Below, piece by piece: positions 1-12,448 of a stretch of 64,000 nt of DNA. The stretch's first letter is position 1; every line of letters begins with the position of its first letter. The notes beneath the pieces were generated by a model, which saw nothing but the letters and a program-made list of their open reading frames with translations, did not search any database and was not told the origin of the DNA. Source of the DNA: Mustelus asterias (lineage: Eukaryota); the NCBI RefSeq assembly GCF_964213995.1, contig NW_027590215.1:248001-312000 (forward strand), in the 5' to 3' direction. The position numbers and the translations under genes were made by a program.

Positions 1-524
1 AGGTGCTGGTGATGGCAGGAGGTGAGGTTGTGGGGGAATGGGGGAGGTGCTGGTGATGGCAGGAGGAGAGGGATTTTACACATCTATAACTCAGCTGGAG
101 CTTTGACAGAATCTCCCAAACCCTCAACTTCCACCACCTGGAAGGACCAGGATCAGAAGTGTGAATCAACACCTCGAAATTCACCTTCAAGTCTCACACA
201 CTTGGGGATTTTCACAGTAACTTAATCGCAGTGTTAATATAAACCTACTCGTGACATGAATAAATAAACTTTTTTACAAAACGTTAAACACACTGTCCTG
301 ACTTGCCTGCCATCCAGTGCTGGATGAACAGATATTTTATATTTTGGGAAGACTGAAGCCACTGGTTTCAGTCTTTGCTACAAACTTCACTCCCCAGCCA
401 CCGACTCCATCTCTCTCCCTGATAATTGTCCGAGGCTGAACATGATTGTTCACAACCATGGTGACATGTTTCACCTCAGGAATTAGGAGTCGGCCATTCG
501 GTCCATCAGGTCTTTCACCTCTGT

Positions 525-645
525 CACTGTTTCAAGTCTGGATGACCGTTCTCCAAACAGTCAATCAGACTCGAAACGTTGGCTCTGTTCTCTCTCCAAA
601 GATGCTGTCAGACATGCTGAGATTTTCCAGCACTTTGTTTCTGTT
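525..645 (+). mobile_element. Penelope-like pLTR 3' fragment, family 2 (degenerate hammerhead core)
   Basis: ...gactcgaaacgttggctctgttctctctcc..agatgctgtcagac..gctgagattttccagcac... matches the repeat also seen at 16420, 24760, 25955, 41975 and 57678. Confidence 0.55.
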
Positions 646-664
646 AAACATTTACTTGATTGCA

Positions 665-765
665 GTTTGCTGTGGGTAAATCCTCTCCTTCTAACCCATG
701 TAAAATAAGTTTCCAAAACCCATCACTCTCAGTCCAGGATAGAAATTCACAACATTGTGTCTGCC
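665..765 (-). pseudogene. Orphan remnant of the ZNF last-exon splice-acceptor module
   Basis: Reverse complement gaatttctatcctg...gtgatg...aacttattttaca..ttagaagg resembles the module preceding each ZNF coding exon (e.g. 14070-14135); no fingers follow within view. Confidence 0.45.
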
Positions 766-789
766 TGCTTTCCGGCTCAGGATTACTTA

Positions 790-1900
790 AGCTGGGACAC
801 ATTTTCATTGGAAGCAGATGAGAAAATGTTCACCAGGCTGACTCCTGTGATGAGGGGGTTTGGCTTCTGAGGAAAGGTGGAACAGGTTGGGTCTTTACCC
901 ATTGGAATTCAGAAGAATGAGAGGTGATCTTGGTGAAGCATATTAGATCCTGGGGGAGCTTGACCGGGTAGATTCTGAGTGGATGTTTCCCCTCATGGGG
1001 TAATACCGAATTATGGAACAGTTAAAAAATAAGAGGTCTCTCAGTTTACACCATGAGGAGAAACATATTCTCTATGAAGACCATTAGTCTTTGGAAATCC
1101 CTTCTCCAGTAAGTAGGAGGCTTGGTCATTGAATACATTTAAGTCTGTGTTAAGTTCATAAGATATTGGAGCAGAATTAGGCCATTTGGCCCATCGAGTC
1201 TGCTCCGCCATTCGACCATGGCTGATATGCTCCTCATTCCCATTTTCCTGCCTTCTCCCCATAACCAGTTAAAAATCTGTCTAACTCCTCCTTAAATTTA
1301 CTCACTGTCCCAGCATCCACCGCACTTCAGGGGAGCGAATTCCAGATTCACAACCCTTTGGGAGAAGTAGTTTCTCCTCAACTCTGTTTTAAATTTGCTG
1401 CCCCTTATCCTAAGACTATGAGCTCTCATCCTAGAATGCCCCACAAGAGGAAGTATCCACTCCACGTCTACTTTATCCATACCTTTTATCATCTTGTGTA
1501 CCTCAATTTGATCTCCCCTCATTCTTCTAAATTCCAGAGAGTATAGGCCTATATCTCTTCATACGACAAACCCAACATCTCTGGAATCAATCTAGTGAAC
1601 CTCCTCTGAACTGCCTCCAATGCCACGACATCTTTCCTCAAATAAAGGGACCAAAACTATGCACAATACTCCAGGTGCGGCCTCACCAATGCCTTGTATA
1701 GTTCCTTACATTTATATTCTAATCCTTTAGCTATAAATGCCAACATTCCATTCACTTTCTTTATAATCTGCTATACCTGCATGCTGGTTTCCTGTGACTG
1801 GTGAATGAGGACACCCAGATCCTTCTGCACTGGAGCACCCCAAAGTCTCTCCCCATTTAGATAATAAATCGCCTTCCCAACACTCCAGCCCAGGCAACAT
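790..1900. mobile_element. Two CR1 LINE 3' fragments, tail-to-tail (+ at about 790-1155, - at about 1157-1900)
   Basis: Translations such as RGDQIEVHKMIKGMDKVD..RGSKFKTELRRNYFSQRVVNL match the C-terminus of the CR1 ORF2 at 53383-56388. Confidence 0.85.
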
Positions 1901-2519
1901 GCTGGTGACTCCTCTGCACTCTTTCTAGTACAATCACATCCTTCCTATAGTGTTCCTCAGTGTTACGTTCTGTCTGATTCTGTCAGTTGATGTTTCTGAG
2001 ATTCACCTTGGGACACTCTCCTACATTAAAGGTCTGATATAAATGAAAGTTAGTTTTAAATCACATTCTAACAGATTGGGGAAGTCAGGATTAAAACAAT
2101 ATCTGGGTAAATGGAGTTTGGTCACAGATCAGCCGTGACCCCAGTCAATAAGAGAACAGGCTCGAGGGGGATAAATGATTTCCTCCTGTTCCCAATAAAC
2201 TTGGGCTCAAACACCAGCTGATGAATGGAAAGTGATGGGTGAACTGGGTAGAAGACACTTCACCAGGAACCAGCGATGGAGCAGAGTTAAAGAGTAGGAC
2301 AGTCCTGTGGAGAGACTACTCAGGAAATGGAATAGGTTGTTCAGCCCTTCAAGTCTGCTCTGTTATTCAATTACACCCTGGTTGATCCATTAGTCTATCT
2401 GAACTTGAACAAATACCTGAATTATTAACTCAAGCTGGTTACAGCAGTTATTAACAGCAGCAGAAACACACCATAGCTATCAGAATGAACATGGGTCAGT
2501 GCAGGATGTGATTACCTGT

Positions 2520-2753
2520 TCAATAACTGGGGAATCTGCCTCCAGACTTGTGAACTCGCTGGTGTCTCATTAGGTTTTGTGACTGAGTGAATCTGTTCCC
2601 ACATATGGAGCAGGTGAACGGCCTCTCCCCGGAGTGAACTCGCTGGTGTATCAGGAGATCAGATGAGTTAGTGAATCCCTTCCCACACACGGAGCAGGTG
2701 AAAGGCCTTTCCCCAGTGTGAGCACGCTGGTGTTTCAGCAGGTGAGATGAACT
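2520..2753 (-). pseudogene. 3' end (about 2.5 fingers plus stop) of a C2H2 ZNF gene lacking its 5' part
   Basis: Minus strand reads [76 protein letters not shown]; family 3' UTR motif follows at about 2440-2515. Confidence 0.8.
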
Positions 2754-3410
2754 GTTGAGACACCAACCAGTTCACACTGCAGAGAGACCTTTTAAATACA
2801 CAGACTGTGGGAAAGGCTACAAAAGTTCTGGGGAACCGATACGCCATCAACATGTTTCACACTGACACGAGACCGCTCTCACTGTGGGAGTAGGTTCACA
2901 CAATCATCCGACCTCACTGTACACCAGTGGATTCACACTGGGGAGAGGCCGATCACCTGCAAAGAGTGTGGGAAGGGATTTGCTCAGATGTCCACTCTGC
3001 TGACACACCAGTGGATTCACACTGGGAAGAGACCATTCACCTGCCCTGTGTGTGGGAAGGGATTCATTAATTCATCCAACTTGCTGAGGCACCAACACGT
3101 TCACACTGGGGAGAGGCCGTTCACTTGCACGGAGTGTGGGAAGGGATTCACTAATTCATCCCACCTGCTGACGCACCAGCAGATCCACACTGACGAGACT
3201 GAACTGCGGGAAGTGCAACAAAAGTTCTGGGGAACTGCTGTCCCATCAACAAATCCACACTGACTAGAGATGATTCAAGTGTTGTCATTTTTGGTCTGAG
3301 TTCAGGTAATCTCATCTCACTGTACACCAGTGCATTGACACTGAGGAGAGAATGTTCACTTCCTCTGAATGTGGGAAAGGAGTCACTCATTCGTCTCATC
3401 CACTGAGACC
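2752..3410 (+). pseudogene. Degraded C2H2 ZNF array
   Basis: ORF 2988-3263 [36 protein letters not shown]; flanking fingers carry frameshifts and lost Cys. Confidence 0.8.
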
Positions 3411-3790
3411 CAGTGATTTCAGAAATAAATCAGAAATACACTGATTGTATTTTACTTTTAATCACAGCCAGTACTGAATCATATTTTTTGGGGTCTGTTT
3501 CTACTACTGATGATAAACTCCAGGCCAGTTATGTTTTTAATCTTCTGGTTAAAAGTTAAATAAATCAGCTGTATGTTAAGCTGAGTGTCAATCTTTTTGA
3601 TATCTACAACATGTTAGGAGGTTTTGAGGTGCTCTGCCCATTCCCTCTTTCCTGCATCCTCACGTCCAATAATAAGTGTAAGCAGCTCATATAACTTCAA
3701 GATTGTGAACTCGCAATGAACTACCTCCACTATTTCCAACAGCCCACCAGAAAAAACCTGCCTCTAAAGTTCCTCATTGACTGAGCCCTG

Positions 3791-4133
3791 ACACGGTAGC
3801 ACAGTGGTTAGCACTGCTGCTTCACAGCTCCAGGGACCTGGGTTCGATTCCCAGCTTGGGTCACTGCCTGTGTGGAGTTTGCACATTCTCCTCGTGTCTG
3901 CGTGGGTTTCCTCCGGGTGCTCCGGTTTCCTCCCACAGTCCAAAGATGTGCGGGTTAGGTTGATTGGCCATGCTAAAATTGCTCCTTAGTGTCCTGAGAT
4001 GTGTAGATTAGAGTGATTAGCGGGTAAAATATGTAGGGATATGGGGGTAGGGCCTGGGTGGGATTGTGGTCGGTGCAGACTTGATGGGCCGAATGGCCTC
4101 TTTCTGTACTGTAGGGTTTCTATGATTTCTATG
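3791..4133 (+). mobile_element. tRNA-derived SINE (HE1/V-SINE-like) with CR1-type tail
   Basis: A box tagcacagtgg, B box ggttcgattccc, body gtgtggagtttgcacattctcc..gggtttcctccgggtgctccggtttcctcccacagtccaaaga, tail ttctatgatttctatg. Confidence 0.9.
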
Positions 4134-4589
4134 AACCTGCATCTTTTTCTGGGTTTTCTCACCATTTAATTGGGACTGTCAATGGTGGTGTTTTTACCCA
4201 TCATTCCCCTGGTTGAGACCCCTATCCACAGCTCAGGAGAGCAGTGGGCAGGCCTGGTTCTGCCCTGTCTTTGGAACATCCGCAGTGTCAGCCATGATTA
4301 TGAACAGACACTTTTCTCTCGGATCCACGATGGGTAAAGGGGGGATGGCGGGCGCAATGGATCTGTGGGTGGACGAGATTCTCCGGAAACACGTTGTGTA
4401 AATCGCAGACCCCAAATGAGAAGCTACCGAGTGGACACGAGTGGATTTATCCTGGTGACAAAGCTGGAGCAGGAGGAGAGAATGTTGTGAATTTCTATCC
4501 TGGATGGATTTCGGGAACTCCTTTTACAGGGGGTTAGAAGAGGAGGATTTACACATGGCAATCTCAAAATAAAGGTTCATCTCTACAGG

Positions 4590-4840
4590 ATGGTACAGTG
4601 GTTAGCACTGCTGCCTCACTGTCTGTGAGGAGTTTGCACATTCCACCTGTGACTTTAGGGGTTTTCTCCAGGTGCTCTGCTTTCCTCCCACAGTCAAAAG
4701 ATGTGCAGGTTAGAGGATTAGCAGGGTAAATGTGTGCAGTTGCTGGCGGTGGGCCTGTGTAAGATACTCTTTTGCAGAGTCAGTGCAGACTCGATGGGCT
4801 GAATGGCCTCCTTCTACACTGTAGGGGATTCTATGATTCT
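4590..4840 (+). mobile_element. Older HE1/V-SINE-like copy with internal deletions
   Basis: cagtggttagcactgctgcctcac...tttcctcccacagtcaaaagatgtgcaggttag...attctatgattct. Confidence 0.8.
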
Positions 4841-4943
4841 TTGGATACAGGTCTTCAAATGGGATGGACAGGTAGATATGGACAGAATGTTTCCACTGAG
4901 ACATGAATACACAGTAAATAGTAGTAAATCCAATCACTAAAAC

Positions 4944-5165
4944 CCAGACACCAAATCCAGAGACCACTAACATTGAGACACCAAATCCAGGGACCACTGA
5001 CACCAAGACACCAAATCCAGGGACAACTTACACCCAGACACCAAATACAGGGACCACCTATACCAGAACACCAAACCCAGGGACCACTTACACTGAGACG
5101 TCAAATCCAAGGACCACTTACACCGAGATACCAAATCCATGAGATCATTTACACTGAGACAGCAA
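4944..5165 (+). repeat. 30-bp minisatellite, about 7 copies, reading TPNPGTTYTE in one frame
   Basis: Unit approximately gacaccaaatccagggaccacttacacyga repeated with period 30. Confidence 0.85.
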
Positions 5166-5819
5166 ATTTAAGCAATAATAAAAGGACATCTAAGCAAGCA
5201 GCCAATGCCACAATAAAATAAAGCTGCTTACAAACTGCGGAGAACATGTTTTTAAAAAATACATTTCTTAAAGGCACATTAGCGTCACTTTCTTGAAAAC
5301 ATAAAGGGTGCAATCTTCCCCAACAAAAATTATATTTCTCAAAAGAGTCTGACGAGTTTGGCACTGCAATCTTCCCAAACTCTGTCGATTTCTTTAGCAA
5401 TTGGGAGATTTGTGTCCATGGGGGAGCGGGTGGTGTAGAGCTTTTGCATGCCAGGGAAACCATCAAAATCAACTATGACAATTGCAAAGATCAGAACATT
5501 TCAAAGGCTCTCACATGCAGTACGTGTGGTGGAGTTTTAATAAACAAGATTCCAAGAGAGTTGATTGATCCAGAAAATAACAGATTTCTTCTGCAATATA
5601 ATTCTACAATGGGTGGTTCACAAGAACTCCAGATGTGTGTAAAGTGAAACATTACAGGTCAATTTGTCACACCCAAACAGAACACTCAAACAGAAGAAGC
5701 CTGTGGTTTCTTTTCTTCTTCTCCTGTCTGAGAGAAGAAGCAAAAACCGTGTTAAATACTAATCTCTGAGTTAGATATCCAGGTCAAAGCTTCTGGTGTA
5801 AGATTTCTTATGAGTTTCG

Positions 5820-6125
5820 GGGCAGCCAGTGGCGAAGTAATATTGAACAAGTAATCCAGAAACGCAAAGTCATGTTCTGGGGATCTGGGTTCGAATGCCA
5901 CCATGGCAGACGGTGGAATTTGAATTCAATAACAAAAAAAATCCAGAAATAAACTTTTAATGAAACCATTGCCGATCGTCATACAAAACTCAAGTCCTTT
6001 AGGAAAGGAAATCTGCCACCCTTACCCGGTATGTTCCACGTGTGACTCCAGATCCATAGCAATGTGGGTCTTTAAATGGTCCAGCAAACCATTCAGTTCA
6101 AGGGCAATTAGGGTTGAGCAATGAG
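5820..6125 (+). mobile_element. Second tRNA-derived SINE family
   Basis: B box gggttcgaatgcc followed by ggtggaatttgaattcaat...aggaaatctgcc...gtgactccaga; related fragments at about 8030-8125 and 19575-19745. Confidence 0.65.
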
Positions 6126-6129
6126 TATG

Positions 6130-6470
6130 GACAGAGTAAATAGTCAGAAACTGGTTCCACTCAAGAGAGCACCAAGAACTAGGGCACAGATTCAAAGTAT
6201 TTAGCAAAGGAGTAAGAGTGATGTGAGTAAAAATGTTTCACTCAGAGGTGGGTTGGAGTCTGGAACAAATTCACTGAGAAGGTCGTGGAGGCAGGTTCTA
6301 TCGAGGTATTGAAAAGAAAATTAGATTGCTATCCAAAAAGAAAGAATGTGCAATGTTACGGGAATAAGGCAGGGAAGTAGCACTGGGTACAATGCCCTTT
6401 CAGAGACCCAGGACAGACTCAATGGGCTGAATGGTGTCCTTCTGCACTGTGAGGATTCTGTGTTTCTGTC
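6130..6470 (+). mobile_element. Old CR1 3' fragment
   Basis: actagggcacagattcaaa..tttcactcagag..tggaac.. and a gggctgaatgg..cttctgcactgt..attctgtg 3' end. Confidence 0.65.
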
Positions 6471-6944
6471 AGCACAGACCCCACATCATCAGCATTGGAA
6501 CTGAAACTCCCATCATTACATCAACACCAGAACCACGATGGAATTTCAGAAAACTGGGAAATCCTCCGAAAGGCAATTGATACCAACATCAGGTGGGTTT
6601 CACCAAGCACCCAATGTCTTCAATAGATTGATAGGATTGATGAAAGTTTAGAGTTTAATCCGGGAGAAGATGAATCAGAGAACAGAAATAATCTTGAGTA
6701 AGAAAAGGCCCAAATAATGGCACTGTCAAAAACAGGAGATCAATCATTCTCCTCTTATTATTGGAGAAATCCAAAACACTGTGTTTGAATCAAAGCTGAT
6801 TTAATCAACATTTACAAACAACATCACTGCACACACCAGCTTTCATGCTTATTAATATCAGCAGCAACAAACTCCAACTGTCAGAATGAACATGGTTCAG
6901 TCCTGGATGCGATTAACAGCAGATTCTAAATCCAATCCCTTCCG

Positions 6945-7814
6945 TTACTTGTGAACTCGCTGGTGCCTAAGCTGTGTGGATGAACGACTGAATCTCTTTC
7001 CACACACCGAGCAAGGAAATGGCCTCTCCCCGGTGTGAACTCGCTGGTGTGTCAGCAGGGTGGACGACTGAGTGAATCCCTTCCCACACACTGAGCAGAT
7101 GAACGGCCTCTCCCCAGTGTGACTCCTTTGGTGATTAAGTAGGTTGGACATCCAAGTGAAGCCTTTGCCACAGAAAAAGCAGGTGAAGGGCCTCTCCCTG
7201 GTGTGAGTGAGTTGGTGCATCAGCAGATCCATCTGGCTTTCAAAGTACTTCTCACAGTCAGGACATTTAAACAGTCTCTTATCAGTATGAACAAGTTGGT
7301 GTGTCAGTAGGTCGAATGAACGGGTAAATCCCTTCCCACACACGGAGCAGGGGAACAGTCTCTCCCCAGTGTGAGTGCGTTTATGGTTCAACAGATCATT
7401 TTTCCTTTTATAGTTTTTCTCACAGTCAGAGCATTGGAAAGGTCTCTCCTCACTGTGGATTCGATGGTGTGACAGGAGGTGGGATGAGTTTGTGAAGTCT
7501 TTCCCACAGACGGAGCAGGTGAATGGTCTCTCCCCAGTGTGAACACGCCGGTGTCTTAGAAGGTGGGATGATTTAGTGAATCCTTTCTGACACACAGAGC
7601 AAGTGAATGGCCTCTCCCCAGTGTGACTGTGGTGATGAATATGTAACTCAGATGGGTAATCAAATCCCTTCCCACAGTCTCCACATTTCCACGGTTTCTC
7701 CCCAGTGGGACAGCACTTGTGTTTTGACAGGTTTGATGAGCGACTGAAACCTCGTCCACACACAGAACATGTAAACACCTTCTCCCCATTGTGAATGGTG
7801 CTTTTTGATTCCAT
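6945..7814 (-). CDS. C2H2 zinc-finger protein, 289 aa, 10 fingers (first degenerate), no effector domain
   Basis: Uninterrupted ATG-initiated ORF with CxxC-x12-HxxxH repeats and TGERP linkers; splice acceptor ttttacag at about 7922. Confidence 0.85.
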   Translation of the reverse strand: MESKSTIHNGEKVFTCSVCGRGFSRSSNLSKHKCCPTGEKPWKCGDCGKGFDYPSELHIHHHSHTGERPFTCSVCQKGFTKSSHLLRHRRVHTGERPFTCSVCGKDFTNSSHLLSHHRIHSEERPFQCSDCEKNYKRKNDLLNHKRTHTGERLFPCSVCGKGFTRSFDLLTHQLVHTDKRLFKCPDCEKYFESQMDLLMHQLTHTRERPFTCFFCGKGFTWMSNLLNHQRSHTGERPFICSVCGKGFTQSSTLLTHQRVHTGERPFPCSVCGKRFSRSSTQLRHQRVHK

Positions 7815-8344
7815 GTTCAGAAGCCGATGATGTCCAGGCCCTGATGAATTGGGTGTCTGTCAGATCCTGATGTGATGTTTGATCTGAGTTTCCCACCTAC
7901 AAATCATCCTCTTCTAATATGCTGTAAAATTAATTCAAAAAGGAGGAAAAAACAGTGATAAACACAAAGGTAGGTTGTGAAATTGAGCTGAATGAATCCG
8001 GTAATTTGTGGAGCCGGCACAAGGAAAGAGTGACCACGAAAGCTGCTGGATTGTGATTAAAAACTCAAATGGTTTGTTAATGTCCTTCAATTCAGGAAAC
8101 CTGCCACCCAGTCCAGATCTACACAAGAATTCAACCTTAATGGGAGGAGAAAGATAGAGATGAAACAGGGAGGGAATGAACGGTAAGGACTTTATACATC
8201 GACAACTGGACAAGAACTTTGACAGAACCTGCCAAACCACAACCTTCACCAACTCAAAGGACGCAGGAAAACTATCACCTCCAAATGTCGCTTTCAATCT
8301 CAAAACAACTTGTAATCCTGAGGTAACCTGTAACCTCCTGCATT

Positions 8345-8540
8345 TAAGGGGCAATTTAGCCTGGCCAATCCACTTAACCTGCACACCTTTGGGGTGTGGG
8401 AGGAAACCGGAGCACCTAAAGGAAACTCATGCAGTCACAAGGAGAACATGCAAACTCCACACAGTCACCCAAAGCTGGAATCGAACCCGGGTCCCTGGTG
8501 CTGTGAAACAGCAGTGTTGACCACTGTGCCACCCTGTGCC
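8345..8540 (-). mobile_element. HE1/V-SINE-like copy
   Basis: Reverse complement of the SINE head and body (ggcacagggtggcacagtgg..gggttcgattcc). Confidence 0.8.
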
Positions 8541-9479
8541 ACTGTACTATGTTGCTCAGAAATAAGTTTTAGAATTTTGGCCGAGTGATTGTGAAGGCAG
8601 AGCAGTAAACTACCAAATCAGAATAGTGTGTGATTCTGAAGAGTAAATGCAGGTAGTGGGGTTTCCATGCACAAACTGCCCTAATCCATATTGGAGAAGA
8701 GGTTTGTAGTTTTGGAAGCTGCTGTCAAAGGAGGTTTAGCCAATTGCTGGTAATTCCAGTAATGTCCATGTTCCAGTTATTAATTTGAAAATTTTCTAAA
8801 TGAAAATTTAATGAAAATCCCCGACAGAACTACTTTTTCCTTACTTGAAACACAGCTTTAAATGGTCCGTTTGTTTCTAGATTCAGTTCCATGAGCAACG
8901 CCTTCAACTAAACAAAATCAAAACACTGCAGCTGCTGGAAATCTGAAATGAAAAGAGAAAACGTTGTAAATACTCATCAGGTTAGACAGCACCTATAGAG
9001 ACAGAAATAGAGTTAATGTTTGCAGTCACTGATGCTCCTCTAATAAAACACATACCAATAGCTGCTGTTTAATGGGGCCGTGGATCCCACAATCCCCTGT
9101 GCCCCAGAAACAGCTCTATCCACCACACACATTTCCCATTATGACACTTCTATGTCAAGAGGGCGAGCTGGTTAAAAGTCGTCAAGTTCCATTTTTGCGT
9201 GTTGATGTTCATTAAAGCTACGGATCGACTTCCCCCTCATTATGTATCAATTTCAGATACTTTGGTCGAGAATTTCCATTCCCCTACTTCCTGGTGGATA
9301 ATGGATGCCTTGAGCACTTCGATTACAGTACAATTTGATTCCTAATTTTATTAACTGCACCCCTATCCCTAATTTTCACATCGCAGCAGAAAAAGCTACT
9401 GTTCACAAATGAGGAGTTTCGATGGCGTGCGTTTTACCCACCATTCCTCGCGGTGGGGAATGTCCCCTATCCACAGTGA

Positions 9480-9810
9480 AGCAGTGTTTGACGCATGCGT
9501 AACGTGGACGATGGCAATGGAGAGGGACGTTCCTCTGTCTCATCAACAACCGGTAAGGATGCGGATACATGGAGGGAGGATTGGAACCGGCAGATGGACG
9601 GAGAGGGTTTCTAAATATCTGGTGAAGGTCTCAAACCTCTAATAGTAATCCGCAGGTCCCGTGTTTGCAGCTTCAGGTCTTTTTCCCGAGACGAGGCGAG
9701 GTTAACAGCCGCCATCTTGATTCAGCAGGGAGCGGAGCGCATGCGCTGGTGTCTTGGTGACGCAACAGAGAGTGGGTGGGGCTTAGGCATTTTCTGTTCC
9801 CAACCGGGTC
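9480..9810. promoter_or_regulatory. CpG-rich promoter/first exon between the divergent ZNF genes at 7814(-) and 14486(+)
   Basis: NRF1-type GCGCATGCGC (about 9737), YY1-type GCCGCCATCTTG (about 9708), splice donor ccg|gtaagg at about 9553; same module at 47660-47750. Confidence 0.6.
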
Positions 9811-9899
9811 CTAGTGACCGGAATGCACAGCAATCTGAGCAACAGGTTTTAAACAGCTTCACCCACTCGCAGGCTGCAGCTCATGTTTGCATCCTCGAG

Positions 9900-11935
9900 G
9901 AATCCATGGACCATGTACATACTCCAGAAGTTGTTTATTCCTGTTTGGCGCAAGAGTGGTAAGGGAATTGTGGCCAAGCCATGGCTTACAAGGGAAATTA
10001 GAGATAGTATCAGATTCAAGGAAGAAGCATTCAAATCGGCAAGAAAAAGCAATAGGCCCGAGGATTGGGAGCAGTTTAAAATTCAGCAAAGGAGGACCAA
10101 GGGATTGATTAAGAAGGGAAAAATGGAGTATGAAAGGAAGCAAGCAGGGAACATAAAAACTGACTGTAAAAGTTTCTATAGATATGTAAAGAGAAGAAGA
10201 TTGACAAAGACAAATGTTAGAAATGGGAGAATTCATAATGGGGAATAAAGAAATGGCTGAGGAATTAAATTGGTACTTTGCTTCAGTCTTCACAAAGGAA
10301 GACGTGAATAATGTACCAGAAGTGCTGAAAGAAACATGTGTTAGTCAGGGGCTGAAGGAAATCAGCATCAGTTGAGAAGTTTTTGGGGAAATTGATGGGA
10401 TTGAAGGTGGGTAAATCTCCAGGTCCAGATAAGCTTCATCCCAGAGTACTTAAGGAAGTGGTCCTGGAAATAGTAGATACATTGGTGGTTATTTTCCCAA
10501 ATTCTTTGGAATCGGTAATAGTTCCGACAGATTGGAGGGTAGCTAATGTAAACCCACTATTCAAAAAGGGAGGGAGAGAGAAAACACAGAACTATAGACC
10601 AGTGAGCCTAACATTGGTACTGGGGAAGTTGCTGGTGTTTATTATCAAGGATTTCACAACTCGGCATTTGGAAGGCAGTGGTATAATCAGACAAAGACAG
10701 CATGGATTTATAAAAGGGAAATCATGCTTGACGAATCTATTGGAATTTTGTAAGGATGTAAGTAGTAGAGTTGACCGAGGAAAACCAGTGGATGTGGTTT
10801 ATTTAGACTTTCAGAAGGCTTTCGACAAGGTCTCACATAACAGACTGCCATGTAAAGTTAAAGGACATGGGATTGCAGGTAATGTCTTGAGATGGATAGA
10901 AAGCTGGTTCGCAGATAAGAAGCGAAGAGTTGGCATAAATGAGTCTTTTTCTGAATGGCAGTCAGTGACTCGTGGGGTTTGTCAGGGATCTGTGCTTGGA
11001 CCCCAACTCTTCACATTATATATTAATGATTTGGAAGAGGGAACGGAATGTATTATCTCCAAGTTTGCAGATAATACAAAGTTGGGTGGGAGGGTGAGCT
11101 GTGAGGAGGCTGCAGAGATGCTTTAGCGTGATTTGGACAGGCTGAGTGTGTGGGCATCAGCATTGCAGATGCAGTATAATGTGGATAAATGTGAGATTAT
11201 CCACTTTGGTAGCAATAATAGGAAGACAGATTATTACTTGAATAGGTGTAAATTGAGGGAGGTGTATACTCAACAAGATGTTGGATTCCTCGTGCATCAG
11301 TCACTGAAAGTAAGCGTGCAGGTACAGTAGGCAGTAAAGAACGCAAATGATATGTAGGCCTTCATAGCAAGAGGATTTGAGTATAGGGATAGGGATGTTT
11401 TGCTGCAGTTCTATAGGGCGTTGGTGAGGCCACACCTGGAGTATTGTGTACAATTTTGGTGTCCTTATCTGAGGAAGGATGTCCTTGTTAAAGAGGGAGT
11501 ACAGCGAAGGTTTACCAGGCTGATTCCTGGGATGGCAAGTCTGTCATATGGGGAGAAACTAAATTGGTTAAGATTATATTCACTGGAGTTTGGAAGAGTT
11601 GGATCTCATAGAAACTTATAAAATTGGAACAGGGTTAGACAGGGTAGATTCAGAAAGAATGTTCCCAATGGTGGGGGGAGTCCAGAACCCGGGGCATAGC
11701 TTGAGGATAAGGGGTAAACCTTTTAGAACTGAGGTGAGGAGAAATTTCTTCACCCAGAGGGTGATGAATGTGTGGAATTCACTGCCACAGAATATAGATC
11801 AAGGGATATGGGGGAACGGGGGTGTGGGGGGGGGGGATTAGGATATTGAATTTGATGATCAACCATGACCATAATGAATGGCGGAGCAAGCTCGAAGGGC
11901 TGAATGACCTACCCCCACTTCTAGATTCTATGTTT
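9900..11935 (+). mobile_element. 5'-truncated CR1 LINE, ORF2 RT region with stops
   Basis: ORF 10383-11126 KSPGPDKLHPRVLKE..YLDFQKAFDKV..GSVLGPQLF..ISKFADNTK; CR1 3' tail ttctagattctatg. Confidence 0.93.
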
Positions 11936-12004
11936 CAGTGAGAGAAGTTGCCTGAAGCGGTGGCAAAGAATTTGGTTACACTTCAGCCCCAGGCTCCTCA
12001 TGTT

Positions 12005-12390
12005 TACATAGAAACATACTAGAAAATATAAGTAGGGAGGAGGCCACTCGGCCCTTCGAGCCTGCTCCGCCGTTCATTATGGTCATGGCTGATCATCAAA
12101 TTTAATATCGTAATCCCGCCTCCCCCCACCCCCACCCCCCGTATCCCTTGATCCCCAAGAAATGTATCTAATTCCTTATTGAAATCAGACTCTACTTCTA
12201 CTTTTGAAGAAGGGACTTCCGAAGATTCAAGACTCTGAATGAAATAAAATCTTCTCAGCTCTGTCTTCAATGGGCAACACTGCTTTTTAAACAGTGACCC
12301 CCAGATTCTCCCATAAGAGTAAACATCCTCTCCACATCCAAGACCTTTCAGAATCTTGAAGGTTTAAATTAAATTGCCACTTACTCTCTT
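12005..12390 (-). mobile_element. CR1 3' fragment(s)
   Basis: Minus-strand KTELRRFYF and the gaagggccgagtggcctcctc 3' stem. Confidence 0.7.
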
Positions 12391-12448
12391 AAAGTCGAGC
12401 AGAAGCTAAACTTGAGCAGAGAATGTCTCTGGTGTTATTATGTGGTCA

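Noticed and set aside
3791-3860. tRNA genes at SINE heads
   Set aside because: A/B boxes run straight into SINE bodies and LINE-like tails, with no full cloverleaf or terminator.
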